From Lingula anatina (lineage: Eukaryota; Animalia; Brachiopoda), in the NCBI GenBank assembly GCA_051362555.1, contig CM120641.1:41360401-41424400 (forward strand): a stretch of 64,000 nucleotides of DNA, in the 5' to 3' direction. A model generated the notes under the pieces. That model was not told the DNA's origin. It ran no database searches and worked only from the letters and a program-made list of their open reading frames with translations. Within the stretch, counting starts at the first letter, position 1; each line of letters starts with the position of its first letter. A program made the translations under genes and the position numbers. Positions 37,296 to 54,061 of this stretch are shown piece by piece.

Positions 37296-40200
37296 GACGG
37301 TAGAGACATGAGTCTCCTACATGTACATGTATCTACCCTGAAATTCAGGGTGCAGAATGGTAAAACAAAACGCAACTAGATCACTTTTGGTCCAATCAAT
37401 GTAGAAGTGAAGAGCGATCAAGCAACCCCTATACTAGTAATTGGCAACAGAACCATTTTCGTTCCAGCGGACCTACCAGTATGGGTGTATAGACCGGTCC
37501 CCTGCCCCCCAAAGCCGACCATACTGGTGTACTTCCACGGGGGAGGCTTTGTTATTGGCAATAGGAAGACCCACGAAATCGGGGTGAAGATACTGACAGA
37601 GTGAGTTTCAGTACAATGTGGGTCATATGATACTACGGGGCATGCATTTATCAACTTGAAAGTTTCGGTAATCTACCAGGAAACAACAGATTTTATAATC
37701 TATATGTAGTAAACTAATGAATATTTTGCTAGTTTTGATGATTATGCGACTTGGCTAAACGGGAGTCGTCATGTTCTGGCTGCGGTTTTGATGGTGTAAA
37801 AATGCAAAACATTGCAACTTGGCTCAATACTGTTTTTCTCTTTTTCCGATGGAAATGTTGCGTTACGTCTAAAACTGCAAAAGGATGTTGTGCGGTCTTG
37901 AAAGCACCCAACCCAACGAAGAATAACATACAGTTGTTTTGTTTGCACAGTTTGGCGGCATGTATAATGGTGAGCGTGGAGTACCGAAGAGCGCCAGAAC
38001 ACAAGTTTCCAGCGGCGTTTGATGACGCAGAAACCGCGGTTAAATGGGTCTTTGCAAATAAGGAGTTAATCGGTAATTTGGAATGAATATTTAAATCAAA
38101 ATACACTTCAAGCGCGCATGACATTGTTGATCTGAAAGATGCTCCAGATTTGATTTGAAGTGTTAGGGCTCATCAGATCGCACACATACAAATGATAAAT
38201 ATCTTTAAGGCCAAGAGGGAAGTAACAAACAGCAAACACTTCAGTGAAGAAAATCTCGTCTCTTTTATCAAAATCTGCACCATAAGTATCTACTTAACTG
38301 CTTCGCCCACTCTTAGATTTCCCTTTAAACAAAACTGCTAGATAAGTTTAACCAAAATGTTTGAACCAAATATAACATGGTAGTCACATTACAATTTGAC
38401 ACTTTGTTAATGTGCTATACTGAGGGGCCTGATCAAAAATAACTGGCGACATGTACTAAAAAGTTTGTCTAAACTTCTGAACCTTTATTTTAGTTTACTT
38501 CGATTTGGGATAAATCTGAAGTCCATTCAAATATAGTAGCTATTGTTCCAAAACAGCAGTCATTTCTACAGGCACAATATATCATCTTGGTTTATCTTGT
38601 GTCAGAATGAACTTAAATATTGGTCTTACAGTTTAGACTTTTGGTCTAAAGGTTATTTGTGAAACAGACCCCAGTCTACTTATTGATATTTTGAGAAACG
38701 CTGAGAATTACTTTTAATACCTAGGGGGCAGTAAAGATAGCAAGGTGGGCGTCATGGGCGACAGTGCCGGGGGTAACCTTTCCGCCTCTCTTGCTCACGA
38801 CATTCCTGGACTTGCGCTCCAGGTAAGACTTTACAAGGAAATCGTGTTGCCGTGTTTGTTCTAGTTTTAACTCAGGACATACAACATCATACAGCGCCTA
38901 GCACGTTTTTTAAACAGTATAATTAAAGAAATTATGGATTTTTAAATGTAAATCTCTATTATATTAGATATATTTGAGTGGCACATGTATTAAATAATGA
39001 TTTTAACCGCTGTTTTTTCAACTTTTTTTTGCAACTATAATGCTTTGGGAAGAAGAACATACTAATTTGATAAAAGACATATTCCTTCGTGCATTTTTAA
39101 GAAATGTGCTCGTATTATTTCCCAGATACTCATATGTCCCGTTACCGACTGGAGGGGAGGGACTGAGTCGTACAAGAAGTTTGCCACTGGATACTTCATG
39201 TCTGCGAAGCAGATGGAGTGGTAAGGTTTTTGACAACATAATAATGAGCAGATATATATAAAAAGAAAAAAATTAATAAACTGAATATACAGCTTCGTAA
39301 AAGACAATCATTCTATTGATTATACTACATGTACCGCAACAGAACAGGCAAACTTTTAAAAAGTAACCATACGGAAAAATAATTTGACAGATTTTTAATG
39401 GTGAAACTGTCCCTTCAATGTTATTCCCGTTCCGTCAATGTGACTTAGGACCAGTAAAACGATTGTATTCGTCCAAGATTGAATTAAATTGAATTATCTC
39501 CACGTGAAAATAATAATATTCATGAAAACATTCTGTAGTAGTTTAATGTACTACATGTATTTATATGACTTCAAATAAATATCAACCAGCATACATTGAC
39601 TCCATCAAACATTTAAAAAAGCATCTGGTCATGGTAGTGATTATTATGAATGGCAGTTCGGCACTCGATTTTTCAAATAACTTCTACTTATGTGCTCCCC
39701 AAACTGATTCAGGTTTTAATGAACAAATCAATATACACCAGGGGTAATATATAAAAGTTGGTACATCTTGTTTATTGCGGGCATCAGGTTTTATACGAGA
39801 TCTTTTGTCCTTATCTTTAACTTTACTTTCAGGTTTGCGAATCACACTTTTAATTCAGTATCCGAGCGGAGTCACCCGCGGGCCTCCCCGCTACTTAGGG
39901 AGAAGTTCAACCATCTTCCTCCGGCCCTGTACATTGCCGCTAGTCACGACGTACTGATAGATGAAGGAATGGGTAATGTTGTTTCCTCAAACTTCCGTTC
40001 CATTTTATCTTTGATATTAAATACTGAATGATGTAAAAACGCAAAGAAAAGGGAAAGAAAGAAAATATCCGTCGATAAGTGAGAAAATGACTATTGTTTT
40101 TCTACACGAAGCATCCGCCCCGTTTAGACTAAAAATTAGATTTACAAAAAGGACATGCTTAGTTTCGCCGCACATTTGCTCATCATTAAAACATTCGAGT

Positions 40201-40847
40201 TAAAACCGATTGCCGAGGGTTGACCTGCTTTCATGCACTTGTTTTCCTTTGGCGTTTATGAGAAATTACAAAAATACTTTACATCATACAATGGGATTTA
40301 GAAGTTGAAGGAAGCTGAGAGAGGGAGCAAAATTGTGATAAATTGGCAAGATATCGAAATTAATCCACGCTGTCTTTATTTTCAGCTTACGCGAAGAAGT
40401 TAAAAGATGCCGGAGTCCCCGTGGAAGTCTTGTGCTTGCAAGGAGTGACACACGTTTTCTTTAACCTACCAGGTATTTTACGTACCACGCTTGTTAACAT
40501 CTTTTGTTTAAATGCTTTTAACATTAAAATGAGTATTTAAGAATAGCGTTTCTGTTCTACTTAATATTAAAAGGCCTCTCTGTAAAAATCGGCAATTTTT
40601 AAAAGTATGTCCTAAAATTGCATATCGACCTGTATTATTTTTTCGTTTATTTATTGTGGCGGAAAAAGATTAGCCAAGGTGGACTGTTGATTATGACCAG
40701 GTGGATTGGACAATAATAGAGTAAACATTTGATTTACGAGAAATAAACCAAAAACATACTTTTTAATTTATTTCAGGCATTTTCAAAGAAAATCACAAAC
40801 TAGCTTGCGAGAAAATCAAAAAGTTCATTTCGACCTACGGACAATAA
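36717..40847 (+). CDS. Hormone-sensitive-lipase (HSL/GDXG) family carboxylesterase, alpha/beta hydrolase fold-3
   Basis: Exons 36717-36939, 37468-37600, 37951-38072, 38725-38822, 39126-39220, 39833-39972, 40386-40472 and 40777-40847, all phase-compatible. Oxyanion motif VYFHGGGF, VEYRRAPEHKFPAAFDD, nucleophile GDSAGGNL, ASPL, catalytic Asp in HDVLIDEG, catalytic His in GVTHVF. Confidence 0.92.
37002..37292. repeat. (CT)n(GT)n microsatellite at 37002-37060 and (TA)n at 37238-37292
   Basis: Direct reading; both lie in esterase intron 1. Confidence 0.95.
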
Positions 40848-42403
40848 TTGCTTTATGTTGTTTGATGGGGTTTCCAAGTGTTACAGCAAGCGAACTAGGA
40901 AACTGTAATTTTCATACAGGAATGAAAAAAAAAACGTTTTTTTCAGCTTAGATAATCATCAGATTCACACATTACAACCTACAAGATTAAATATCCTTCG
41001 ACTGTTAATAATATGCGCAGCTTTAAAAGCCATAGTTTGAGAGTAAGCAGCAGTAACAATGCAAAATAGTATTTATTACAATCCACATCAGCTGAAATGC
41101 ACTAAGATACCATGTTATTGCTGCCCGACGTTGGACAACATACTTTAAAGTCAATACCTCCCCCCTCTCCAAAGCTACAGTAGTCGGTTGGCCGGTGACA
41201 TTTCGTCTATCGCTGAGGATTCGACTTGGGGTCCAAGGATTAATGTTGTCATGGGTGGCCCACAAACGACTCTGAGATGGACACCGCGTTGGCTCGCAAG
41301 TGATGGCGAGGGGTAGCAGGAACTCCGGATCAGGAAAACGCAATCGACAGCATTAAGTTCTACGGGACATAGAGAAGGAAATCAAATACTCAACAGCAGA
41401 CTGTATGACAAGTGCAGTTGGCAAAAGGTTGACCTGTGATGAAGCAGGGTGATAATCAATTTTAAAGGAAAATTTACGTCAGGAATGATTGAATAAATAA
41501 AGAACAGCATAGCATATTATATAATTCAAATGATAGAGTTGGGATTAACATTACAAACAACATCAGTTTTCTCAGAATCATTCAATACCCTTTATTATAA
41601 AAGGCAAATATACGTACATGATAATGGCATAAACCTAACAAATAACAATGGTAAAGGTAAGACTGCTGGAAATTAATAAATATTTATCATCTTCTGTTAG
41701 TTCGCTTCTTTACTGTGACGACTCTAACAAAAGAACATGACAAAAATACGTTTTCCAATACAGAAAACAATGGAAATGATGATAAATAAACTGGTTAATA
41801 AAATCAAATGCCCCAAATCCACTAGCAAATGATTATAAACTGGCCACTTCTCGATATGCTTTACTATGCAGAAAAGTGAAAAAATCTGATAACTATTTGC
41901 ATTGCAAAACATATAGCTCTGTTGAATTAATCAATACCTCAAAATAGTCAATTATATAACATCTGCCCAGTCAAGTTCTGGAGAAAAAACGAATGGCAGC
42001 AAATACCATTTATAACTTTAAAAAAAATCATGAAATAATTTCAAACATAGTACAAAAATCTTTAACTATGTAATGACTGAAGGAGTTCCTATAATAGTAA
42101 TGAAAATGGCAGAGAAATAGCATCAGCATGTTATATTGTGCGGAAGGAATTCTAGATCTTTAATTGAATTCTACAGAGCAAAACAAGGAGCTAAAAATGC
42201 GGGTCCAGACCGAAACCTATGATATGTATAAAGGCTTCCGTCCAACTTTTCAAAACTTTGTGCCAGGATTCTTTCATCATGATCATCATCACCATCATCA
42301 AATTAAATTTCCAGATAAGCTCAAGAAATCAAACAATGGCATTGGAGTTAAAGCTCATTAACATCAACATGTTTTAACTTCTCTTAAACATCCTCTATCA
42401 AGG

Positions 42404-46621
<4,218 letters not shown>

Positions 46622-47041
46622 GAGTAAGGCGCCCAAGCAAACTGTTAAAGAAGTATGCCCCCTGCAGTTAAGTAAGATATATTGCAGCTACCCAACCTAA
46701 AAAGCTTACTGCCACAGACACGAGGCGAAAAATGCCGGGTTGCAGCTAGCAACCGATACGGCATGCGTTATTTCAAGAAAAGGCACCAAATGAAAGAAAC
46801 GACCTGTGAAAAGGGATAGAAACCCAAGAGAACCCCCAAAGAATATATTTTCACAAGCTTTTATATCATATTAAAGTAAAAGTATAGAACGAAATGGTAT
46901 GATGGCAAATTGTAACCTTAAACGTAGGGCTTTTCTTGAGTGACCTTGCCTCGCATGTGCTTCTCCCTTCTTCTTCAGACCGAAAATTCTAGACAAAAAC
47001 GATCACTCACTATACTATAATCATTACAAAAAGGCAACAAA
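46622..47041. promoter_or_regulatory. Bidirectional promoter RTRAF/STIP1 with HSE-like and X-box-like motifs
   Basis: Divergent ATGs 420 bp apart. cGAAaaTTCtaGAc at 46981-46994 and GTTGCAGCTAGCAAC at 46739-46753. Confidence 0.65.
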
Positions 47042-50000
47042 ATGACGGATCCAGCGAAGGTATGTTATCATCAGAATTAATAAGGATATATGAAAAATAG
47101 CTTTTTGGTGAATTTGTTATCACCATCTAAAATAATCGAGACTACTTCTCGTTTGAGTTTTAATTTTAATATTTTTTACTTCACACGGTCATGGCTTGCT
47201 CAGCTAACATACTTCCTTATCAAGCTCGACCCGTTCTCTTAAAACGTTAATCATAGTCTTACACAGAAGTGAACTTTCACTTTTGTTTCAGTAAGGGTAT
47301 TTCCTTTTTAGGAAACGTGCTTGAATTGATTATTTTTTACCAATTGAATACAACATTTTTACAACTACCGGTGCGACATGTAACTGCACAATCAAATATA
47401 TCCCTAGAATTTTAAAATGATCTTTGTTTATTTGAGTTACAACTTTAACTGAGCATTTCAATATTTCCTGAATAGGATTTTAATAAATTTTGGCTTTATG
47501 ATTTATTGCAAATTTGTAGAAATGTGTATACTTGCTTGATTTGCTTAAGTGAAATTTGTGCAGAAAAAAGAAAAAAAAATTATGCATTATGAAACAGGTT
47601 AGACATTTAATATTTTTATTGTGTGTCTTCCATCAAGATGATCAATATAAATAGGTTCTGGTGTTGGTGTGTGTTGTTAAGTAATTAATCTACTGGTTCA
47701 CTTGGTGAATGAATATAATTATACATTTTATCAAGTGGCTTACCTTGCATGCTTGGAGAAAATGATTGACTTTTTGGTGTGCTGATTGTGTAAATATCTG
47801 TTTTTGTTGGGACAGATGTTTATTTTCCATTACTTAAGATGGCAGGATCGATCAGCAGGATCTTCAGTGTTTTTCCATCTCTGCACTGATCATATGCATG
47901 AACTACAGTTTCAGATTTCAAAATGGTGTGCATAAAACTTGTTAGCAGTGTGCATTGAGTGTGTGGTTTGCTTATGATTGTATGTTTGAATTAAAAGGTA
48001 TGGAATTATATGAGTATGTTATATGTATATATTGCTCAATCACATTTACATCACACATCAGAGGGAATTTCTACCTTTTGCATAGTAGACATTGCCTAGT
48101 ATTGCAGTGATATTTATCACCATCATTATCAAGTACTAGTCAGGGTAGGCCTTCACCTGTGGCATTGCAGGTGACAGAATTAAAAGATGCTGGGAATGCA
48201 GCTCTCCAGGCAGGGAAGTTCAAGGATGCCATTGAATTGTACAGCCAGGCCATAGAAATGGATAAGGAGAACCCAGCTTTATACAGCAACCGTTCAGTGG
48301 CACACATCAAGGCCAAGGAGTTTGAGAAAGCCCTCACTGATGCAGAGAAGGTTGTGGAATTGAAGCCTGATTGGTCAAAGGCAAGTTGCACTGTAAAATC
48401 ATGTTTATAGATGTACTAGATTTATAATGGCATTTTTACAGACTGCACTGCATTTGTAAATCAGTATTGTCCTACATTTGAAATGTTTCAATAGACCATT
48501 TTCTCTTTGTCAAATTAATTGAAAAAAAGTAATTATATGATATGAAAAATTGTTTATCATTAAAATGAAGACATTCTTAAATAAACAATAGCTGTGCATA
48601 ATTTAAGAGCCCAATGGATTCAGAAATAATCTGTTTCTCCTCATTATTGGAAACTTGAAGCAAGAAAAAAAAGAAAAGAAAAAAAAAAAGATGAATAAAC
48701 AGACTAATTTTTTTTCTAGGGGTACTCGAGGGTTGGCAGTGCTCTGTCTTCCATGAGCAGACATCAGGAAGCTAAGATGGCATTTGAACAGGCCCTGAAA
48801 CTGGACCCTGACAACAAACAACTGAAACAAGCTGTTGAAGATGAGGGACGCTTTCTGACGGGTAAAATTGATAATTTTTGAAGGAGTTTTGATTTATCAT
48901 ATAAGAATAGAATTAAAATAACCAAGTGCATTCCATATTCTATTGCTAATAAGAGTATTATTTAGTTCTAATCATATGGTGAAAACCTGTATGTCTGAAA
49001 CTAGGTTTTTCTGTAAGGATATTTATAAAAACATTTGCAATATTGACTGTGAAGGAAAATGTTATGTAGGTCCTGCTGGCAGTGAACCAGTCATGAATCC
49101 ATTTGCTGACCCAAACCTTTTCCAAAAATTGATTGCTGAACCGAGAACAAGGGAATTGATGAAAGACACAGACTTTGTCAATGCTATGAAAGACCTACAG
49201 CAGAATCCAGGAGCATTAGGGTAAGATGATTATATTGGTTGTATTTGTGTTCTTTAATCTACTGGAGAGGGCAAAAACCCTACATTTTAACCAATTTTCC
49301 TAAATAAAGTGCACATGAAAAAAAGACAAATTGTCGACATATCTCTGATGAAAAAAAATGTCATGGTTTCTAGGAAATACCACAATGACCCTCGTATCAT
49401 GACTGCCCTGGGAGTTCTCTTGGGAATGGACCTGGATTTCCAGGGAGAGGAAGAACTCCACAAACAAGATGTGAAAGACACTGTGAACGAGATGAGAGAG
49501 AAGAGAAAGGAGGCTGAGAAAGAAGCTGCATTTCAACAGAAAAATGCAGCAAACGCAAAATCCAAAGAGACTGTTGAATTGACTGATGACCAGAAGAAGG
49601 TGCTGATTGACACACCCAGTGTGTTAAGTGTGGTAGTTGGGTGTGCACAGTGTAACTGGATTTGGAAATACAATTTCCTAGCAATTATGTGTTATGGTTG
49701 ACATGTTAGGGAAAACATTTATTAACTGGTTGGGGAAAATGTTGAACGTCATTAACTGGAAAATACTCTTGTGTTTTTGGTATCAACATAATGGAGTGAG
49801 GTTTTTGAATTGGAGGAAAAATACAAGTTAACTTCTCATATACCCCATTCACACTACAGTTGCAAAAATGCGCATTTCTATAACAGATTTTTCGTGAGGA
49901 ATCCAATTCGGTATTGCGTTCACACTCGCAAAGTGATACCGAATCCCACGTTCAAAATTTCAGGTTTAACTTCCTGTTTTGAACACTTGCGCATGCGCCG

Positions 50001-53000
50001 CACAGGAAAAATCAAAATACCAACAAAAAAGAGTGACGACAAATTTATCTCAAAAAGATATTCCAGCATTCTTGGGAAGCATAAGATGGCAAAATAAGTT
50101 TGTTTCCTCATGTTGTAGTGAGTGGTGACCTCCAAATACGTTTGGTGCAATCGCTAAAGTAATAAACAAGTGTTCATAGATACCCGCACTTATCTGCACA
50201 CATGCGCAGTAAGATCTGTACAGGTGTCGATTCCAGTAATTTATTCGGATCGCGCTTAGAAATCCACCTCGCTTGCAGGATTTTGAAAATTCGCATTACA
50301 GAAATCCTCTTGCGTTCACACTACTGCATTTATTAGAATTGTGACCTAATTCGGAACTTATCTGGATAACTGAGCGTAGTGTGAATGGGGTAATAGTGTG
50401 ACCATATAAGGTATCAGAGTTCTTTTTGGTGAGCTGAGTGAAATGAGCAGACAGTACAGTTACCATGTGGCATAACAATGTGGAAGTTTTGAGTTGAATG
50501 GTTTGCTTTATTTTAGTGATTGGTATATTTTGGTTGAGATGACTGGTTGAAAGGTCAATGGCTTAAAATTGATTTGACTTGGTGGAAGACACACAATTTT
50601 TTAATTTGCACAATTTGGGATGTTTACCATAAACGATAATTTCCTTTCAGAGATTCAAAATGTAGCTATGATAGTAGTAAAAAGGCCTAGTGTAAGTTTA
50701 TCTAGGGAGGTTGCTTTCTAAATGTTTTCTAACTAAATCTTTCAGGCTCTTGAAGAAAAGGAGAAAGGAAATGCAGCATACAAAAAGAAGGACTTTGAAA
50801 CTGCTATTAAACATTATGATGAAGCCATTAGGTTGGATCCTACCAATATTACATTTCTTACAAACAAAGCAGGTAAGTACTTGTGAAAGGCCTATTGTTT
50901 GGACAACTGGTGTTTCTAATTTGATAAAAAAAAATCAATGGGAAGTGTTATGAAAGGTGTCATGACTTTGTAAGCTACTGAGGCAGTGGAAACTGCAGTG
51001 ATGACGGCAACTATGTTATTCTTTCTCTTAGGTTTCCTAGCCTAAACTTAGATCTGTATCAAAATGAGACAAATTTCCTTTTCAGAAATTGAATTCGGGC
51101 AGCAATGTGGATTGAGAGTTTTTAAAAAAATTATTACTTTGTTTCAGCTGTATACTTTGAACAATCTGACTTAAAGTCGTGTATAGAAACGTGCGAAAAA
51201 GCAATAGAAGTGGGCAGAGAAAACAGGGCAGATTTCAAACTTCTTGCAAAGTAAGTACTAAGTTCTTGTATATTTTTACCCTTTTTCATCCATCTGCTTC
51301 TTAATCTCTTATGTGCTTGAGTTAAGATTTGGGCAGACTGCCAAGGCCATTATCACTTGTCTAGCATGACATAAATTAGGCATCTGGCTTACATAATGTT
51401 TTCTTTTCCCAATTTACCTTGTTGTTTATAAGCACAGTTTTAATAATAAAATTATTGCACAACTACTTTTTTTGTGAACTTTGGTTATGTATTCTTTTAA
51501 GTATCCCAGTAGAAAGTGTTTTTATGGTGCACTCCATTTTCACCACCCCCTCACTTCACATTCCAGGGCATATGCGAGAATGGGTAATGCGTACAATAAG
51601 CAAGAAGATCTAGAAAATGCACTCACCTATTACAACAAGGCCCTCTCAGAGCACAGAACACCAGATGTAACATCGAAAGCAAAGGAGGTGAGTATAGTTA
51701 ATTAAAATCTAGTATTTTTTACCATTTTTTTTTACCTGTTTGATTAATTAGGTGAACTAGGTAGACATGAAAAGGGCATTTCTGTGCAAAGGTTTTAATA
51801 ATAGTTCAGTGATTTAAAGTGCTTATTTATTTAAAAGAAAGGCTAGTGTGAATAGTAAATGATGTTAACCTTTTGCAAAATAGAGAGAAGATTCCAGTGT
51901 TTATTTTCTTACTATCGTATTACAGATCGAGAAGAAACTTAAAGAACGTGAAAAGTTAGCGTACATCAATCCAGAACTATCTTTGGAGGAGAAGACCAAA
52001 GGCAACAAAGCTTTCCAAGAAGGTGTGGGCTCTAGTCTGGCGAATTTCAATTATCCAGAATGCCACATTACTTTACTTTACTTTAAATATGAGGTTATAA
52101 ATTGTTAGGTGTGACTTTTAACTTTGCCTGATGATTTAGTCTGGTTCACACTAACAACGTGAGAGGTTGAGCTGAAATTTTGAGCTAACAACGAATTGTT
52201 AATTAGGAATAATACATTGATATATGTTTAGTATCAACCAGAATGGCAAGCTGAACTCAGTTCACATTAGACTCGGCTTTCCTAATGAAGATTATTGTAT
52301 ATTTTAACTCTGGAAACAAGGAAAGCTCCAATCATTTTAGTTTTTTGGTACCATTAGTGGACAAGATTACTGCAATTTTGATATATTGTGTGCATCACTT
52401 GACATTGTTGGTATTTTTCCTTGTGAGAATATGTGATTTGAACTGGTTTCCAAAGAAAAAGGTAGATTGATTTACAGCACGTACTTCATATATATATTCA
52501 ATACCAATTCCAGGTGACTATCCTACAGCCTTAAAACATTATGCCGAAGCCATCAAGAGGAATCCAGAAGATGCTAAGATCTACAGCAACCGAGCTGCCT
52601 GTTACACAAAACTGATGGAATTTTCCCTAGCTCTTAGTGACTGTGAACAGTGCATCAAACTAGACCCAAAATTTAGTAAGTGGTCAGCTAATGTCACATA
52701 TTCAATAGTAGCATTTATATGGTTATTGTTGCATAAATCATTTCAGTTTGAATGGCCACTTGACTATATGTATGCTCAGTGGTGTGGTACCTGTCTACTT
52801 TTACTTATGTATGTTTTGTGAATGCTTAATGTTATGTTTGATTTGCTAGACTTAAGGATATGGAAAAGGAAAAAATACAGTTATTAATAAGATAAAAGTT
52901 AATAGGGTATATATAAGGTGGATGAAAAGACTAGCATTTCCCAAGGTTACAGTCATTTCTTTCAGAGCATGTGCTTATGTGCACATTGTGCAGTTATTGT

Positions 53001-54061
53001 AGTGTCTCTCTATAGCTAATTGCTGCCTTATGTGACAGATAACAATGAAGTGAATGATTTTATATTCAGCTGAAAATTTGGAGAATGGTGATCACAGTAA
53101 TGTGAATTAATGCCCTTTCCTGGAGTTTTAAAGCTGTATTTGGTGCATTTTAGTTAAAGGTTACCTCAGGAAAGGAGCCTGCCTATTGGCCATGAAGGAC
53201 ACACGGAAAGCAGCGGAGGTCTACCAGAAGGCAATGGAGCTTGATCACACTTGTCAGGTTAGTCTGTCGCAGCTTGCATAATGTCACATTTAACACACTG
53301 TGACATTTATGCAAGTGCCAAAACATAGAAAAAGTGCTTTATTTAAGGAGTTTAACTTTGCAATTATACAGAGACCAAAATAATTTATTTCAAAGCTAAG
53401 TGACAGGTAGTCACATAGAGAACCATAGAATCTAATACAGCTATATTTTGCATACTGAACATGTTGTTTAGTAATGCCAAGCCTGCCACTGATGCACCAT
53501 AATCACAGTATAACTAACACACCAAACCATGCCAATTTTCAGACTGTTTTTGAATCAAAGGATTTTTAGACATTTTTTTTTTACAGTTTGCTTTAACATA
53601 TTATGTTTAATTGTTTTACAGGAAGCAATTGATGGTTACCGCAGGTGTGTCATGTGTGATGACGATCCCGAGTCTGTTCGTAAGCGAGCAATGGCAGATC
53701 CAGAGATCCAGGCCATTCTAGGGGACCCAGCCATGCAGCTTATACTGCAGCAGATGCAGAAAGACCCCAAAGCACTTCAAGAGTATGTATACAAAAATGT
53801 TTATGTCTAGTCTTGCACTTTGATATAAATTGTTTTAGTTGGTTAGTCTTATTAAACAAATAGCTATATTTGACCCAAACAAAACTCATCCAAAAGATAT
53901 TAAACTAACTATTAGTTAACATGCTTTGGGAATCAATTCTACAATTTCACCATGAACAATATTGTACTATTTAACATTTTTCTTTCAGGCATTTGAAGAA
54001 TCCTGAAGTTGCCAGCAAAATACAGAAACTACTGGAGTCTGGACTCATAGCAATTCGTTAA
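47042..54061 (+). CDS. STIP1: Stress-induced phosphoprotein 1 (Hop/Sti1 Hsp70-Hsp90 co-chaperone)
   Basis: 13 exons: 47042-47059, 48171-48380, 48720-48861, 49070-49220, 49374-49599, 50746-50872, 51148-51250, 51567-51687, 51926-52022, 52514-52675, 53154-53257, 53622-53782, 53989-54061. TPR1 (LKDAGNAAL...LYSNRS...KPDWSKGYSR), DP1, TPR2A ([14 protein letters not shown]), TPR2B, DP2 ([16 protein letters not shown]), ending [10 protein letters not shown]. Confidence 0.97.
49841..50392. mobile_element. PIF/Harbinger-like MITE (552 bp) in STIP1 intron 5
   Basis: 16-bp perfect TIR TACCCCATTCACACTA / TAGTGTGAATGGGGTA, flanked by ATA on both sides. Internal GCGTTCACACT subterminal repeats near 49916 and 50311. 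Confidence 0.8.

Noticed and set aside
17409-40847. A bioluminescence-like cluster (EF-hand SCP as photoprotein or luciferin-binding protein, alpha/beta hydrolase as Renilla-type luciferase, DUF229 as luciferin sulfatase)
   Set aside because: The hydrolase is HSL family (HGGG/GDSAG, Ser nucleophile), not the haloalkane-dehalogenase type of Renilla luciferase. The EF-hand protein matches ordinary Nereis-type SCP. Nothing beyond proximity links the genes.
50990-52200. Candidate C/D-box snoRNAs in STIP1 introns (GTGATGA near 50997; CTGATGA...CTGA near 52127-52174)
   Set aside because: No properly spaced D box with a terminal stem or recognisable rRNA guide could be established by eye. An Infernal/snoScan run would be needed.
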